Source: Oligoflexales bacterium (lineage in GTDB: Bacteria; Bdellovibrionota_B; Oligoflexia; Oligoflexales; JALZUQ01). From it: a stretch of DNA of 64,000 bases. Below the pieces are notes generated by a model. The model worked only from the letters and a program-made list of their open reading frames with translations, was not told the origin of the DNA and made no database searches. This document shows, piece by piece, positions 39,866-49,655 of this stretch. Every line of letters begins with the position of its first letter. The stretch's first letter is position 1. The position numbers were made by a program, and so were the translations under genes. Where the stretch lies: contig JALZUQ010000030.1 in NCBI GenBank assembly GCA_023301465.1, forward strand, positions 16,903 to 80,902, read 5' to 3'.

Positions 39866-40198
39866 ATGAACCAAAAACGTTTTCAACATAAAAACCCACC
39901 TTTTCGCTGTGAACAGTGCGGCTTTGATGTGCCCCCTGCCTCAAAAACCTGCCGAAACCACTGCCCTCAGTGCTTTCATTCAAAGCATGTTGATATTTTA
40001 CCGGGAGATAGAGCAAACCCATGTCAGGGGCTGATGAAGCCTATTTCTTATGAATGGAAAAAATCAAACCTAGCCATTGAGTTTAAATGCACTAAATGTA
40101 ATCACATTGGTCGGAATAAAGCTGCTTTAGATGACCAGCAGCATGCAGATGAAATTGATCGTCTTATTCAGGTTTTAAACGACCTCAAAGAAGATTAA
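39866..40198 (+). CDS. RNHCP domain-containing protein
   Basis: CEQCG...CRNHCPQCFHSKHVD motif. Confidence 0.65.
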   Translation: MNQKRFQHKNPPFRCEQCGFDVPPASKTCRNHCPQCFHSKHVDILPGDRANPCQGLMKPISYEWKKSNLAIEFKCTKCNHIGRNKAALDDQQHADEIDRLIQVLNDLKED

Positions 40199-40243
40199 CC
40201 CATTAAAGTTCTCCGTTTAGATAGAAAAGAGGCATATTGAGTG

Positions 40244-40272
40244 TTGACTTTTTACTCAAATCCGTTACCAAT
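40244..40272 (+). promoter_or_regulatory. putative sigma70 promoter of rnpB
   Basis: TTGACT-N17-ACCAAT. The predicted TSS coincides with the 5' arm of the P1 stem. Confidence 0.3.
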
Positions 40273-40278
40273 ACACCA

Positions 40279-40677
40279 GAGAAAAAGAAGGTGAATCAGA
40301 CTGTCGCTGGTTACGTTTTTTATAAGTCGGCAACGATGATGAAGAAGCTAACGGGAGGAAAGTCCGGACTCCATAGGGAACAGTGCTAGTTAACGGCTAG
40401 GCGGGGTAACCCGACGGCAAGTGCAGCAGAAAGTAAACCGCCTGAGTACCCTCGGGTACTTCGGTAAGGGTGAAAGGGTGTGGTAAGAGCACACCAGAGG
40501 CTTGGCGACAAGTCTGCTAGGTAAACCCCACTGGGAGCAAGACCAAATAGGAATCTGCTTGATGTCTTCTCGGCAAAAAGATTCGGGTAGGTCGCATGAG
40601 TGGCGTGGCGACGCGTCACCTAGATGAATGACAGTTCTCGACAAAATCCGGCTTATAGTATTTGCCTTCTTTTTCTC
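40279..40677 (+). ncRNA. rnpB: RNase P RNA, bacterial type A
   Basis: GGAGGAAAGTCCGG, GGTAAGGGTGAAAGGGTG, AGATGAATGAC and ACAAAATCCGGCTTAT. P1 pairs 40279-40291 with 40665-40677. Confidence 0.9.
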
Positions 40678-40694
40678 ACTCCAAGATCATCTAG

Positions 40695-41396
40695 ATGAAA
40701 AAGGATCACCCATTGAAACCAGAAGTATTTCATCCATTCGATAATGAACCGACGATTTCAAAAGACATCAATCCGTACTTTCAAGAATACAACACACAAA
40801 AAACAAATCCTCACTCACACATCATTGGCGAGCAAAAACTCAAAGATATTTTAGGAAACTGGAAGCAGGAATTTAAAACCGAAAAATCTACTGGGAATAT
40901 TTACCTAGAAATTGGCTGTCATCTCGGAAAAACTATCAACGAAGCTGCAGAAAAGCACCCAGAAAACATGTTTATTGGAATGGACATCACCTATAAACGT
41001 GTGGTCACAACCGCACAAAGATCCAGAGAACATGGCAGAGAAAACCTGAAGGTCATGAAGCTAGACGCAAGGTACTTACCTGAAATTTTCGCTCCTGGTG
41101 AACTTTCTGGAGTAATGATTTTTTTTCCTGACCCTTGGCCAAAAAAGAAACACAGAAAACACAGACTCATCAACGAGGCTTTTCTTCAGTCTATTTTACC
41201 TCTGATCAAAAAATCAGGTTGGTTATGGGTAAAGATGGATCAAAAAGATTATTTTGAAGAAGTTTTGGCCGCAGTAAAATCTCAACCACTACTAGAAACA
41301 CAAAACATCCCGTTTGATTTGGAACCTACTACTTTTCAGAAGAAATTTATGAACGAAGGACTTCCTACATATCAGGGTGTTTGGAATTACATGTAA
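40695..41396 (+). CDS. trmB: tRNA (guanine-N7)-methyltransferase
   Basis: FFPDPWPKKKHRKHRL motif. Confidence 0.85.
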   Translation: MKKDHPLKPEVFHPFDNEPTISKDINPYFQEYNTQKTNPHSHIIGEQKLKDILGNWKQEFKTEKSTGNIYLEIGCHLGKTINEAAEKHPENMFIGMDITYKRVVTTAQRSREHGRENLKVMKLDARYLPEIFAPGELSGVMIFFPDPWPKKKHRKHRLINEAFLQSILPLIKKSGWLWVKMDQKDYFEEVLAAVKSQPLLETQNIPFDLEPTTFQKKFMNEGLPTYQGVWNYM

Positions 41397-41404
41397 TATT
41401 ACTG

Positions 41405-42118
41405 CTACTTGAATTTATTTTTTAGCACATCAAATAATTCTGGCAGCCCCTTTGAGGCTTTCCCAAAAAAACTCTCATCAAAGTATGCAGATATTTCGGT
41501 TTCTTCTAAGTTTACTTCTATTTTTTTGCATTCAGGCGGAACCATTTGCACAAAACCAGCAGCAGGATAAACCTGGCCTGAAGTACCCACCGCAATAAAA
41601 TAGTCTGCATCTGAAAGGAGGTTTTCGATCTCTTCCATAAACAATGGCATTTCACCAAACCAAACAATATGAGGTCTCAGGCTTCCCTTGAGTTCAGGTT
41701 TTTTTGGGTGCGGGGTTTCACTGGATAAACCTTTTTCCCAAGTAAACACTTCTCTTGTTTCTTGGCACCTTACTTTTTTGAGCTCACCATGCATATGGAT
41801 CACATGCTTGTTGCCTGCTCTTTCATGAAGGTCATCTACATTCTGTGTCACGACATAAGTATCTGGAAAAGTCTTTTGAAAGTTTGAGATACTCATATGA
41901 GCAAGGTTTGGCTCAACGGTTTGTAAATGGCTTCTACGCTCATTATAGAATGCATGCACAAGAGATGGGTTTCTTTCAAAGCCTTCTGGAGTTGCAACAT
42001 CGGATATCGAATGCCCATTCCATAGGCCATCACTTCCCCTGAAAGTTTGAATACCTGACTCCGCAGAAATACCTGCTCCGGTCAGTAAAACAACTTTTGG
42101 TTTTTGTATAGAAACCAT
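41405..42118 (-). CDS. cobB: NAD-dependent protein deacylase (Sir2 family)
   Basis: LTGAGISAESGIQTFRG and QNVDDLHERAG. Start refined to Met17 by comparison with usual CobB N-termini. Confidence 0.8.
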   Translation of the reverse strand: MVSIQKPKVVLLTGAGISAESGIQTFRGSDGLWNGHSISDVATPEGFERNPSLVHAFYNERRSHLQTVEPNLAHMSISNFQKTFPDTYVVTQNVDDLHERAGNKHVIHMHGELKKVRCQETREVFTWEKGLSSETPHPKKPELKGSLRPHIVWFGEMPLFMEEIENLLSDADYFIAVGTSGQVYPAAGFVQMVPPECKKIEVNLEETEISAYFDESFFGKASKGLPELFDVLKNKFK

Positions 42119-42380
42119 ATAAACACTAGTACTCCATGGGTGAAATTTAACAATATAATAATTCAATAGAAAAAATCAGATCTGATATTTAATGTCCTGT
42201 ATTTACTACACTAATCATTAAATTCATTCTTTTTCATTGATTCTTTTTCATTTTAGAAACTCCAAGTTATTTATAAATATCAGTAATTACAGCATCTTGT
42301 GAATCAACAACAGAACTGACCCAATAAAGTACAACTTTGCCCAAAAACCAACATAATTTTAGACTTTTATAAATTTATAT

Positions 42381-42407
42381 TTGACCAAAAGTACAATTTT
42401 TTATAAA
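42381..42407 (+). promoter_or_regulatory. putative sigma70 promoter of an orphan transcript
   Basis: TTGACC, then 15 nt, then TATAAA (or a 16-17 nt spacer to ATAAAC/TAAACA). Confidence 0.3.
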
Positions 42408-42413
42408 CAATTG

Positions 42414-42493
42414 TTTGTAGTCCTTTATCCTCCCCTCCCCCAAGATTTAGGACGAATTTAAATCCCCGTACATTGTACGGGGATTCGTTTTTT
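42414..42493 (+). ncRNA. candidate small RNA (about 80 nt) with a C-rich loop and an intrinsic terminator
   Basis: Stem GTCCT/AGGAC encloses CCTCCCCTCCCCC. Then AATCCCCGTAC...GTACGGGGATT and CGTTTTTT. No ORF. Confidence 0.4.
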
Positions 42494-42590
42494 CAGCTCA
42501 CTCAATATTCAGGCAATATCTCCACTTAGATTCCCCACAGTCACCTTAATCAATAAATGTTAAACTAAAGTAACGCACTTTGAGAAGCAT

Positions 42591-43421
42591 ATGAATTACC
42601 AAGACTACCAAAAACTCTACACAACCCTCACAAAGACCTCATTAGCGATTGTGCACCACATGGAATCAAAGCTATCGCCTGAGAGACCCAAGGGAATTCA
42701 AACAAGTGAGATACCAGATTGGTTGTGGGAAGTGATTTGTCAAAATATCATCAAGCTTAAGGGGGTTGAGCGAAAACTAGGCGGGCCGTACGCCGTTCAC
42801 CCAACCCGAATGGCGTTGGCGTTGCTAGAGATTATACCGGACACAAACATCTCTTTTGATTCTGCTGCTTATGCTGCGGTACATGACTACCTCGAAGAAG
42901 GTGATGGCAGATCCCCAAAAGCATACGCTGATGCACTAAAAGTTTTTGGAAACAACTCACATAAATGTGATGCGATGGTCTTACTTTCTGAACCAGAACT
43001 AGACTATAGCTCTTTCAACCTACCCCTAAGACTTGCAGAATATATTGGGTACCATTGGCAACTACAAACCAATAAGAAACTAAGCGAAGCTCACTTGAAT
43101 GCATGTTTTATGGATAAGATTGATAACGGGCAATCGTGGGACTACGTCCTCCATAAAAAAGGTTGGAACGATGAACGTAAACAAAAACACTTGATCATGA
43201 AAACAGTCATACAATTGGTACTTCTAGATGAATACGGAAGCACTGCCAACTCAACCATGACAGATTTTTTGACTGAGAACATTCAAGAAAACAGAACAAA
43301 GTATCAAATCTCAACTCAAACCATTCAAGAGCAAACCAAACGATATAAAGATCTTCTTTTAGAACATGAATCTGTCTTTAAAAAAGCAATCTTGAACTAC
43401 CATAAAGAAATGGACTTATAA
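42591..43421 (+). CDS. HD-domain protein (RelA/SpoT-hydrolase-like HD_4 pattern)
   Basis: GGPYAVHPTRMALALLE...AAVHDYLEEG resembles the HD_4 His...HD metal motif. Confidence 0.4.
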   Translation: MNYQDYQKLYTTLTKTSLAIVHHMESKLSPERPKGIQTSEIPDWLWEVICQNIIKLKGVERKLGGPYAVHPTRMALALLEIIPDTNISFDSAAYAAVHDYLEEGDGRSPKAYADALKVFGNNSHKCDAMVLLSEPELDYSSFNLPLRLAEYIGYHWQLQTNKKLSEAHLNACFMDKIDNGQSWDYVLHKKGWNDERKQKHLIMKTVIQLVLLDEYGSTANSTMTDFLTENIQENRTKYQISTQTIQEQTKRYKDLLLEHESVFKKAILNYHKEMDL

Positions 43422-44315
43422 CTACACCACTTGCAGGATCTCAAAGTCATCTTTAATTTGATTGATCCAAGTACGTTGACGTTTTGCATATTGCCTAGTT
43501 GCAATCACTATCTCTTCTTTTAAAACTGAGGTTGAGGGCATATTCCCAGAAAGAAGGTACTTTGAAACTTGGTGATAACCAATGGAACGCATCGGCAAGC
43601 AATCTGGTGAGCAACCACCATCTAAAAGCCCTTTGACTTCATCTACTAAACCAGCATCAAGCATCGATTTTGTTCTGACCTCAATACGCTTTAGTAGGAG
43701 TTCTCGCTCTGGGTTACAGAGTAAGATTTTTACTTTTAAGGGTTTTTCAGGTTTAGAAGTAAGCTCTGAAAAACTTTTGCCGGTGATTCGAACGATTTCT
43801 AGAGCACGTAAAATCCTAAAACGATCTTGTGGTTTTAGTTCAGCGGCTCGAACGGGATCTTCTTTCAGAAGAAATTCATACGCTTCAGGGGTTGATAGGA
43901 CTTCTAGCTCATTTCTAAGGGTTTGGTCTGATGGCAGCTCATGCCATTTATGACCCAAAAAAGCTCGCAAGTATAAACCAGTCCCCCCAACAAAGACGGA
44001 GGGAGTACTTGATTGCTGAAGCTGCTGATGCACACCCCGAGAAACCTCACGGTAAATGGCAGCGTCCATATCTTGTTTGGAGTCCACGACATCAATGAGG
44101 TGGTGCTTGACCTTACTGAGGTCCTCGGTTGTTGGTTTTGCAGATCCGATATTAAAGTTTTTGTAGAGTTGTACAGAGTCGTAATTCACGATCTCTCCGC
44201 CGATCTGCTGAGCCACTTTCATGGCAAGATCAGACTTTCCAGACGCAGTGGGACCGTAAATCGCTATGAGTTTATCATCTGGACCTAAGCCAGCGAGGGT
44301 TTTGTTACCTATCAA
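43422..44315 (-). CDS. miaA: tRNA dimethylallyltransferase
   Basis: IYGPTASGKSDLA P-loop and collinear MiaA pattern. Confidence 0.85.
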   Translation of the reverse strand: MIGNKTLAGLGPDDKLIAIYGPTASGKSDLAMKVAQQIGGEIVNYDSVQLYKNFNIGSAKPTTEDLSKVKHHLIDVVDSKQDMDAAIYREVSRGVHQQLQQSSTPSVFVGGTGLYLRAFLGHKWHELPSDQTLRNELEVLSTPEAYEFLLKEDPVRAAELKPQDRFRILRALEIVRITGKSFSELTSKPEKPLKVKILLCNPERELLLKRIEVRTKSMLDAGLVDEVKGLLDGGCSPDCLPMRSIGYHQVSKYLLSGNMPSTSVLKEEIVIATRQYAKRQRTWINQIKDDFEILQVV

Positions 44316-46164
44316 ACCATGATTCTACATTTGATTTTTGAAACCACCGAAAAACTCTTCTACCGTGTGGGCAGTTATGAAAGAAGTCAATTCCGTCTGC
44401 TTGAGACAATAAATTTTTGAGTTCTATTTCTGTAAGTCTTTCTCCAGCACGAACCGCACTATGACAGGCGATGGTTGAAAACTCTAAGTGAGCTAGGTTT
44501 TTGGAATGATCAGAACTCTCACCAGACTCTAAAACCTGAGCCATGGCAGACATCAGCTCTCCTGCTTCACGCTTTTGAAGTACCACTGGAACTGCACGAA
44601 GCTCTAATGTCGTATCTCCTAGGATTTCATAATCAAACCCCGATAATTGGAAACGGTCTTTTGATTCTTTTAATAATGCAATCTCACTAAAGCTCAACTC
44701 CACACACTCGGGAATCAATAAGGTTTGAGGTTTAATGTAGTCACCGGGATCAAGTAAAAGTTTTTCGTATAAAACCCTTTCGTGAAATGCGTGTTGGTCC
44801 ACGACTAATAATTGATGGTTTTGCTCAAACATTAAATAACAATCTGAAAAACAACCAATATACTCTAACTCTGCCCAGTTTGGTTTTAGGTCTTGAGCAT
44901 TTGATGTTTCTGCTTCACGAAACGCATCCGTATGTTGGCGGTTTAGTGATATTGATTCTTGCGAAGAAGGATAAGAGGCTCCAGAACTGTTTGTCCCCTC
45001 TATGAATGGCTTTGTACCCACACTACTGGTTGGAAACGAATAACTTGGCCTGTACGAATCTTGTGGATCTTGAGACCTCACTTGAGAAAAAGGTGTTTGG
45101 TGACTAGCACCCTGACGTGGGTCCATACCTGCTTCTGGTTGTGCCCAACCCACATCACGAATTAAAGACTTAATTTGGGATGCAATCTCTTGATTGATTT
45201 TTGAGCCGTATTGCAAACGTATTTCTGTTTTATGGGGATGAACATTTACGTCTACCAAAGTGGGGTCTATTTCAAGCATGAGAAAACAAACAGGATATCT
45301 GCCTTTTAGCATATGAGAGTGATAACCACGGTTAATCGCTGAACGAATGACTTTATCTTTGATCAAGCGACCATTTAAAAACACATGCTGACTCTTACTG
45401 GAATGACGGTCCACTCCCGGAGGAGAAAACATTCCAGAAAAACGGCAATAATCACCTTTGTGGCTTACCCATAACAGTTCATCTTTGATTCCGTAGACTT
45501 GCTCTACCCGCTTTTTAAATAGTTCCTCGTCTTCAAAACACTCTTTTGGAGAATTACAAATCTTAGGAGCATCGAGGGTAACTTTATCATTATGTGTCAA
45601 CACCCAACTAATTTCAGGATGAGCAAAAGCATAAGCGTGGATCCACTCCAAACATGCAGCGTACTCACTTGCTGGAGACTTTAAAAATTTTAGTCTTGCA
45701 GGTATTTGAGAAAAAAGATTCTCGACCACAACATGGGTTCCTTCTCCACCTTGCCAAGTAGTTACTGAAGGTGAGGCATCTCCAATAGATTGAAGCATGG
45801 AACCTTTGGAAGCACCCTGTCTTTTTGAGCGGATGGTAAAATCACTAACACTGCTAATAGATGATAATGCCTCCCCACGAAAACCGAGGGTTGAAACCGA
45901 GAACAAATCATCCAGTGTCTGGACTTTGCTGGTTGCGTGTCTCTCGATACTAAGCTCAAGGTCATCTTGTGAAATTCCAGATCCATTGTCTGTTACGGAG
46001 ATAAATTCCGTTCCACCAGCTTTGAGTTTGATGTTTATCGTAGATGACCCGGCATCGACTGCGTTTTCTACGAGTTCTTTGACAACGTTTGCGGGTCGGT
46101 CAACGACCTCTCCGGCAGCGATTTTATTGATGATATCTTGATCAAGTCTTTGGATAGCTTTCAC
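44305..46164 (-). CDS. mutL: DNA mismatch repair protein MutL
   Basis: IAAGEVVDRPANVVKELVENAVDAG. Start set to the GTG at 46164 (MKAIQRLD...), which matches usual MutL N-terminal length. The longest ORF reaches 46227. Confidence 0.85.
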   Translation of the reverse strand: MKAIQRLDQDIINKIAAGEVVDRPANVVKELVENAVDAGSSTINIKLKAGGTEFISVTDNGSGISQDDLELSIERHATSKVQTLDDLFSVSTLGFRGEALSSISSVSDFTIRSKRQGASKGSMLQSIGDASPSVTTWQGGEGTHVVVENLFSQIPARLKFLKSPASEYAACLEWIHAYAFAHPEISWVLTHNDKVTLDAPKICNSPKECFEDEELFKKRVEQVYGIKDELLWVSHKGDYCRFSGMFSPPGVDRHSSKSQHVFLNGRLIKDKVIRSAINRGYHSHMLKGRYPVCFLMLEIDPTLVDVNVHPHKTEIRLQYGSKINQEIASQIKSLIRDVGWAQPEAGMDPRQGASHQTPFSQVRSQDPQDSYRPSYSFPTSSVGTKPFIEGTNSSGASYPSSQESISLNRQHTDAFREAETSNAQDLKPNWAELEYIGCFSDCYLMFEQNHQLLVVDQHAFHERVLYEKLLLDPGDYIKPQTLLIPECVELSFSEIALLKESKDRFQLSGFDYEILGDTTLELRAVPVVLQKREAGELMSAMAQVLESGESSDHSKNLAHLEFSTIACHSAVRAGERLTEIELKNLLSQADGIDFFHNCPHGRRVFRWFQKSNVESWFDR

Positions 46165-46414
46165 GGTGCGTCCCTTGTTTTTTAAAGTTTTACCCAAAAA
46201 CCAAGGTTGCTTCAACCAAGCAATCAAACCACCTCACTCAAACCGACAATTAAGGTGTTGTCTTATCAAATAGTTGGTAACGAGCACTTATGAGGACTCA
46301 CTGAGTGGCACATGTGTGAGTGATTACTCAGCATTTTTGGGGATTCATTAAAGATTTCGGATACTAGGCAAGTTATGTTAGCGTCAGACGGCTTCAAAAA
46401 GGTGGACAAAAAAA

Positions 46415-46984
46415 TTGCAGTGTAGCTTTATCACATCCATTGGAAACCATACTCAAAAGTTTGAGTCTGAACTCCCTCTCGTTTGCATTATGGGAAGATC
46501 CAACTGCGGAAAATCTTCTCTCATCAACGCACTTGCCAACCACAAAACTCTCGCAAGAGCCGCAAAAACTCCAGGACGCACAAGACTCGTAAACTTGTTT
46601 GATATGAATGGAAAAATAGTCCTAGCCGATCTACCGGGATATGGTTACGCAAGGATCTCAAAAGGCGAACAACAAAAGTGGCACCACTTAACCAACTATT
46701 TTTTTGATAAACACCAAATTGATCGAATGTTGCTGTTACATGACATAAGACATTTTCCGGGAGAAGATGAGCTAGCTTTTTGGAAGGATGCATCCGAAAA
46801 CTACCAAACCACTGTGGTTAGTACGAAGATGGATAAGTTAAAACCAAGAGAATTAAAGACTGCGGTCGCAAACTTAGAAGAGTTTATAAGACGCCACCGC
46901 ATTAAAGTTGATCATAAAGTTCAGGTGTCTAGCTTGAAGAAAACGAATATCGAACAACTTCGTGAACACTTAGAGCTAAAATAA
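46415..46984 (+). CDS. engB: ribosome biogenesis GTP-binding protein YihA/EngB
   Basis: GRSNCGKSSLINAL and DLPGYGYA motifs. TTG start with AAAGGTGGA upstream. Confidence 0.8.
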   Translation: MQCSFITSIGNHTQKFESELPLVCIMGRSNCGKSSLINALANHKTLARAAKTPGRTRLVNLFDMNGKIVLADLPGYGYARISKGEQQKWHHLTNYFFDKHQIDRMLLLHDIRHFPGEDELAFWKDASENYQTTVVSTKMDKLKPRELKTAVANLEEFIRRHRIKVDHKVQVSSLKKTNIEQLREHLELK

Positions 46985-46985
46985 A

Positions 46986-47240
46986 CTAAGAAGTCTGTTT
47001 CAGACTGGCTTGTTTTTTGAGGACTTCGTGACAAATCTCCCAAAGTCTTTCTTTGTCTTCGTGACATTGGAGTAAATTACCAAGTCTATGTGATAAAACA
47101 CCCACGAGGTCTTTTAGGTCTAATTCTTTGTCGAGAAGATAGTGTTTGATGACTGCGTCGATATCATCTGAGAATTGACAGAGCTGGATGGTTTCTCGGG
47201 AAATCTTGTCCTTTGGAACAAATTTTACAATTTTTGCCAT
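46986..47240 (-). CDS. hypothetical small protein (84 aa)
   Basis: TAGGAGGA SD before MAKIVKFVPKD. No recognised domain. Confidence 0.45.
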   Translation of the reverse strand: MAKIVKFVPKDKISRETIQLCQFSDDIDAVIKHYLLDKELDLKDLVGVLSHRLGNLLQCHEDKERLWEICHEVLKKQASLKQTS

Positions 47241-47348
47241 AAGTAGGATCCTCCTATCTATATTATCGCCCATTTTAGCAAAAAAGTTAAATTTTCATGT
47301 AAAACAGTTGTTTTAACAGTCATTAATACTTTATTGCGTTTAATCTGG

Positions 47349-47357
47349 TGTTATAAT
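47349..47357 (+). promoter_or_regulatory. extended -10 promoter element (TGTTATAAT)
   Basis: TGnTATAAT ends 6 nt before the ATG at 47364, implying a leaderless or near-leaderless mRNA. Confidence 0.35.
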
Positions 47358-47363
47358 AACCGT

Positions 47364-48071
47364 ATGCAAAAACTTGTGATAAATATTGATGATTTTGGAA
47401 TGAGTGATGAGACCGATCGACGAATCTTGAGCCTTCTTGATTTAAAGTATGCCAACAGCGTATCCGTGTTTGTCAACGAAGACTATAAAAACTCTTTCAA
47501 ACAGCTAACAAAATATTCTCACTCTACTGATATTGGTGTACATCTCTTTCATGACTTCTCTGACCCATCTTATTCAAGCAAAGAAATCCTAGGTTGCTTT
47601 GAAGAGCAGATCAACCGTGCACTTTCCACCAATACTAGCATCTCCCATATTGATAACCACAGACCAGAAGTATACCTTCATCCTGATGTGTTTTTAGGTG
47701 TGATTGACCTAGCTGCAAAGTTTGAACTTTTTTTACGATATCCAATGGTCGGATTCGATGACAGCATGTGTTCATTACTCTCCAAAAAGTATCATATAAG
47801 ACCCAATAAAATTATTAGCCTGCATTCAGCTTACTACGAAAGAATCAAAATAAAAAACGTCAAACACCTTTCAGGACTATATGGAGCTGAGGGTCAAGAA
47901 CTTCATCCAAAAGACTTTTTTCATTTTACATCTCAAAAAAACCCGAAACATCTTGAAATTTTATCCCATGCTGGAAACTCTCATGAACACTACAAAAATG
48001 AAATCGGCTTTTTAAAGAGTATTTTAGATCACCCAAACACAAAACTTTTAAGACGACAAGAATCATACTAA
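47364..48071 (+). CDS. YdjC/ChbG family carbohydrate deacetylase-like protein
   Basis: MQKLVINIDDFGMS matches the YdjC N-terminal ADDFG motif. Confidence 0.65.
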   Translation: MQKLVINIDDFGMSDETDRRILSLLDLKYANSVSVFVNEDYKNSFKQLTKYSHSTDIGVHLFHDFSDPSYSSKEILGCFEEQINRALSTNTSISHIDNHRPEVYLHPDVFLGVIDLAAKFELFLRYPMVGFDDSMCSLLSKKYHIRPNKIISLHSAYYERIKIKNVKHLSGLYGAEGQELHPKDFFHFTSQKNPKHLEILSHAGNSHEHYKNEIGFLKSILDHPNTKLLRRQESY

Positions 48072-48090
48072 AATTGAAAGCCAAAATATA

Positions 48091-48747
48091 ATGACAACAC
48101 CAAACTATCACAAAACACTAATAGTATTCGACTTTGATGGAACTCTTTGCGACTCCCTACCTACGCTTATTCAAGCCATAAACGAACTACCAAAAATATT
48201 GAACATCAAAAAAATTCAAGACACAGAGGGAGAACACATAAGATCTTTGTCATCGCGAGAAATAATGAACTACTTGAATATCCGCTGGTATAAAATACCA
48301 TTGGTTATCAGTCTTTTAAAAAAATCTATAAGCTCACGGTCTAAACATTTGAAGCTTTTTGATGGGATTGCAAAAAGCGTTCAAGAGCTTAAAAACCATG
48401 AGTTTGAACTCTCCATTCTCTCATCTAACTCTTACAAAACTATTCAATCAATACTTTCAAGAGATCTTGCTAACTGTTTTTCTAGTATTCGCGGTGATTG
48501 TGGACCATTTAAAAAATCTAAAAAACTGGATGAGATACGCAATCAAAATAGTGACAGAGGATTTACAAACTTTGTATATGTTGGAGACGAGACGAGAGAC
48601 ATTCATGCTGCAAAGAAAGCGGGGTTCTATTCTGTTGGTGTAACGTGGGGATATAATAATCATGAGAGCATTTCATCTTTAAAACCAGACTTAGTGATAC
48701 AAGAAATAGAGTATCTTTCACCCTTACTAAAAAAGAGTTTTAGTTAA
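48091..48747 (+). CDS. HAD-superfamily phosphatase (phosphoglycolate phosphatase-like)
   Basis: VFDFDGTLCDS (motif I), SSNS (motif II) and VGDETRDIHAAKKAG (motif III/IV). Confidence 0.75.
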   Translation: MTTPNYHKTLIVFDFDGTLCDSLPTLIQAINELPKILNIKKIQDTEGEHIRSLSSREIMNYLNIRWYKIPLVISLLKKSISSRSKHLKLFDGIAKSVQELKNHEFELSILSSNSYKTIQSILSRDLANCFSSIRGDCGPFKKSKKLDEIRNQNSDRGFTNFVYVGDETRDIHAAKKAGFYSVGVTWGYNNHESISSLKPDLVIQEIEYLSPLLKKSFS

Positions 48748-48748
48748 T

Positions 48749-49567
48749 ATGAAATACATTATTAAAAGCTTAGGCTATAGAACAGACTTTATCTTTAACC
48801 GCTTAGATGGTGAGGTTTATGATAAGGGTGAGTACCTTGTCGCAAAGACCCATAGCAACCCAAACTACTTTTGGGGAAACTTAATACTATTCAAGTCAAA
48901 ACCAACGAAAGGTGACTTTAGACTGTGGAAAGAAATTTTCTTAAATGAATTTCAAAACCCTAGGATATACCATATGACCTTTGCTTGGGACTCACCAGAG
49001 GGAGAGCAAGGAGAATGCTCCGAGTTTTTAGAAAATGGCTTTGAAATTGAAAAAAATATCGTTTTAATAGCAACATCTGTCAATAAACCACCTAAACTCA
49101 ACGAAAGCATTGAAGTAAGACCCATTGATCTTGAAAACTACATGGAAGAATGCATTGAATGCCTCCTCTCTTGTGCTGATACAGAAAACCTATCAAAGGA
49201 ATCTTGGAAAAACTTTTATACAAATTCCATGAAGCAGTTTCATCAATTTACAAATAATGGTTATGGTAAGTGGTTTGGAGCTTTTATTGAAGGACGCCTT
49301 GCTGGGTCTCTTGGTGTTTTCTTAGATGGAGACGTAGCTCGCTACCAACTTGTAAGCACTCACCAAAGGTTTCAACGCAAAGGTGTTTGCAGTAGTTTAG
49401 TATATAAATCTGCAGTCCATGCTTTCCACCATATGGGAGCTAAAACTCTTGTAATGGTTGCAGATGGTGAGTACCACGCTGCAAAAATTTATGAATCTGT
49501 TGGGTTTAAGCCTGAGCAAACTCAAATTGGGATGTGTTATTGGAATAAAGAAAAACATGAATCATAA
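48749..49567 (+). CDS. GNAT family N-acetyltransferase
   Basis: HQRFQRKGVCSSLV (Q/RxxGxG/A-type motif A) in the C-terminal half. Confidence 0.6.
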   Translation: MKYIIKSLGYRTDFIFNRLDGEVYDKGEYLVAKTHSNPNYFWGNLILFKSKPTKGDFRLWKEIFLNEFQNPRIYHMTFAWDSPEGEQGECSEFLENGFEIEKNIVLIATSVNKPPKLNESIEVRPIDLENYMEECIECLLSCADTENLSKESWKNFYTNSMKQFHQFTNNGYGKWFGAFIEGRLAGSLGVFLDGDVARYQLVSTHQRFQRKGVCSSLVYKSAVHAFHHMGAKTLVMVADGEYHAAKIYESVGFKPEQTQIGMCYWNKEKHES

Positions 49568-49655
49568 AAAACAATCCTGCTACCTCGCTCGCTCAATTTT
49601 TTTCATAGAAGAGTTATGATATAATCTACCTTATATTAAAACCTGGAGTATTCTC

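Noticed and set aside
40386-40644. Two minus-strand ORFs (77 and 84 aa) in the six-frame track
   Set aside because: They lie entirely inside the RNase P RNA gene (40279..40677), whose conserved motifs and P1 pairing are unambiguous. These are spurious frames in a GC-richer structured RNA.
41405-43421. Sir2-family gene divergent from an HD-domain gene, considered as a possible Sir2-based anti-phage defence pair
   Set aside because: The Sir2 protein has the size and GAGISAESGIxTFRG/NVDxLHxxAG motifs of the housekeeping CobB deacylase, with no extra effector or sensor domains. The flanks (trmB, miaA, mutL) are core genes.
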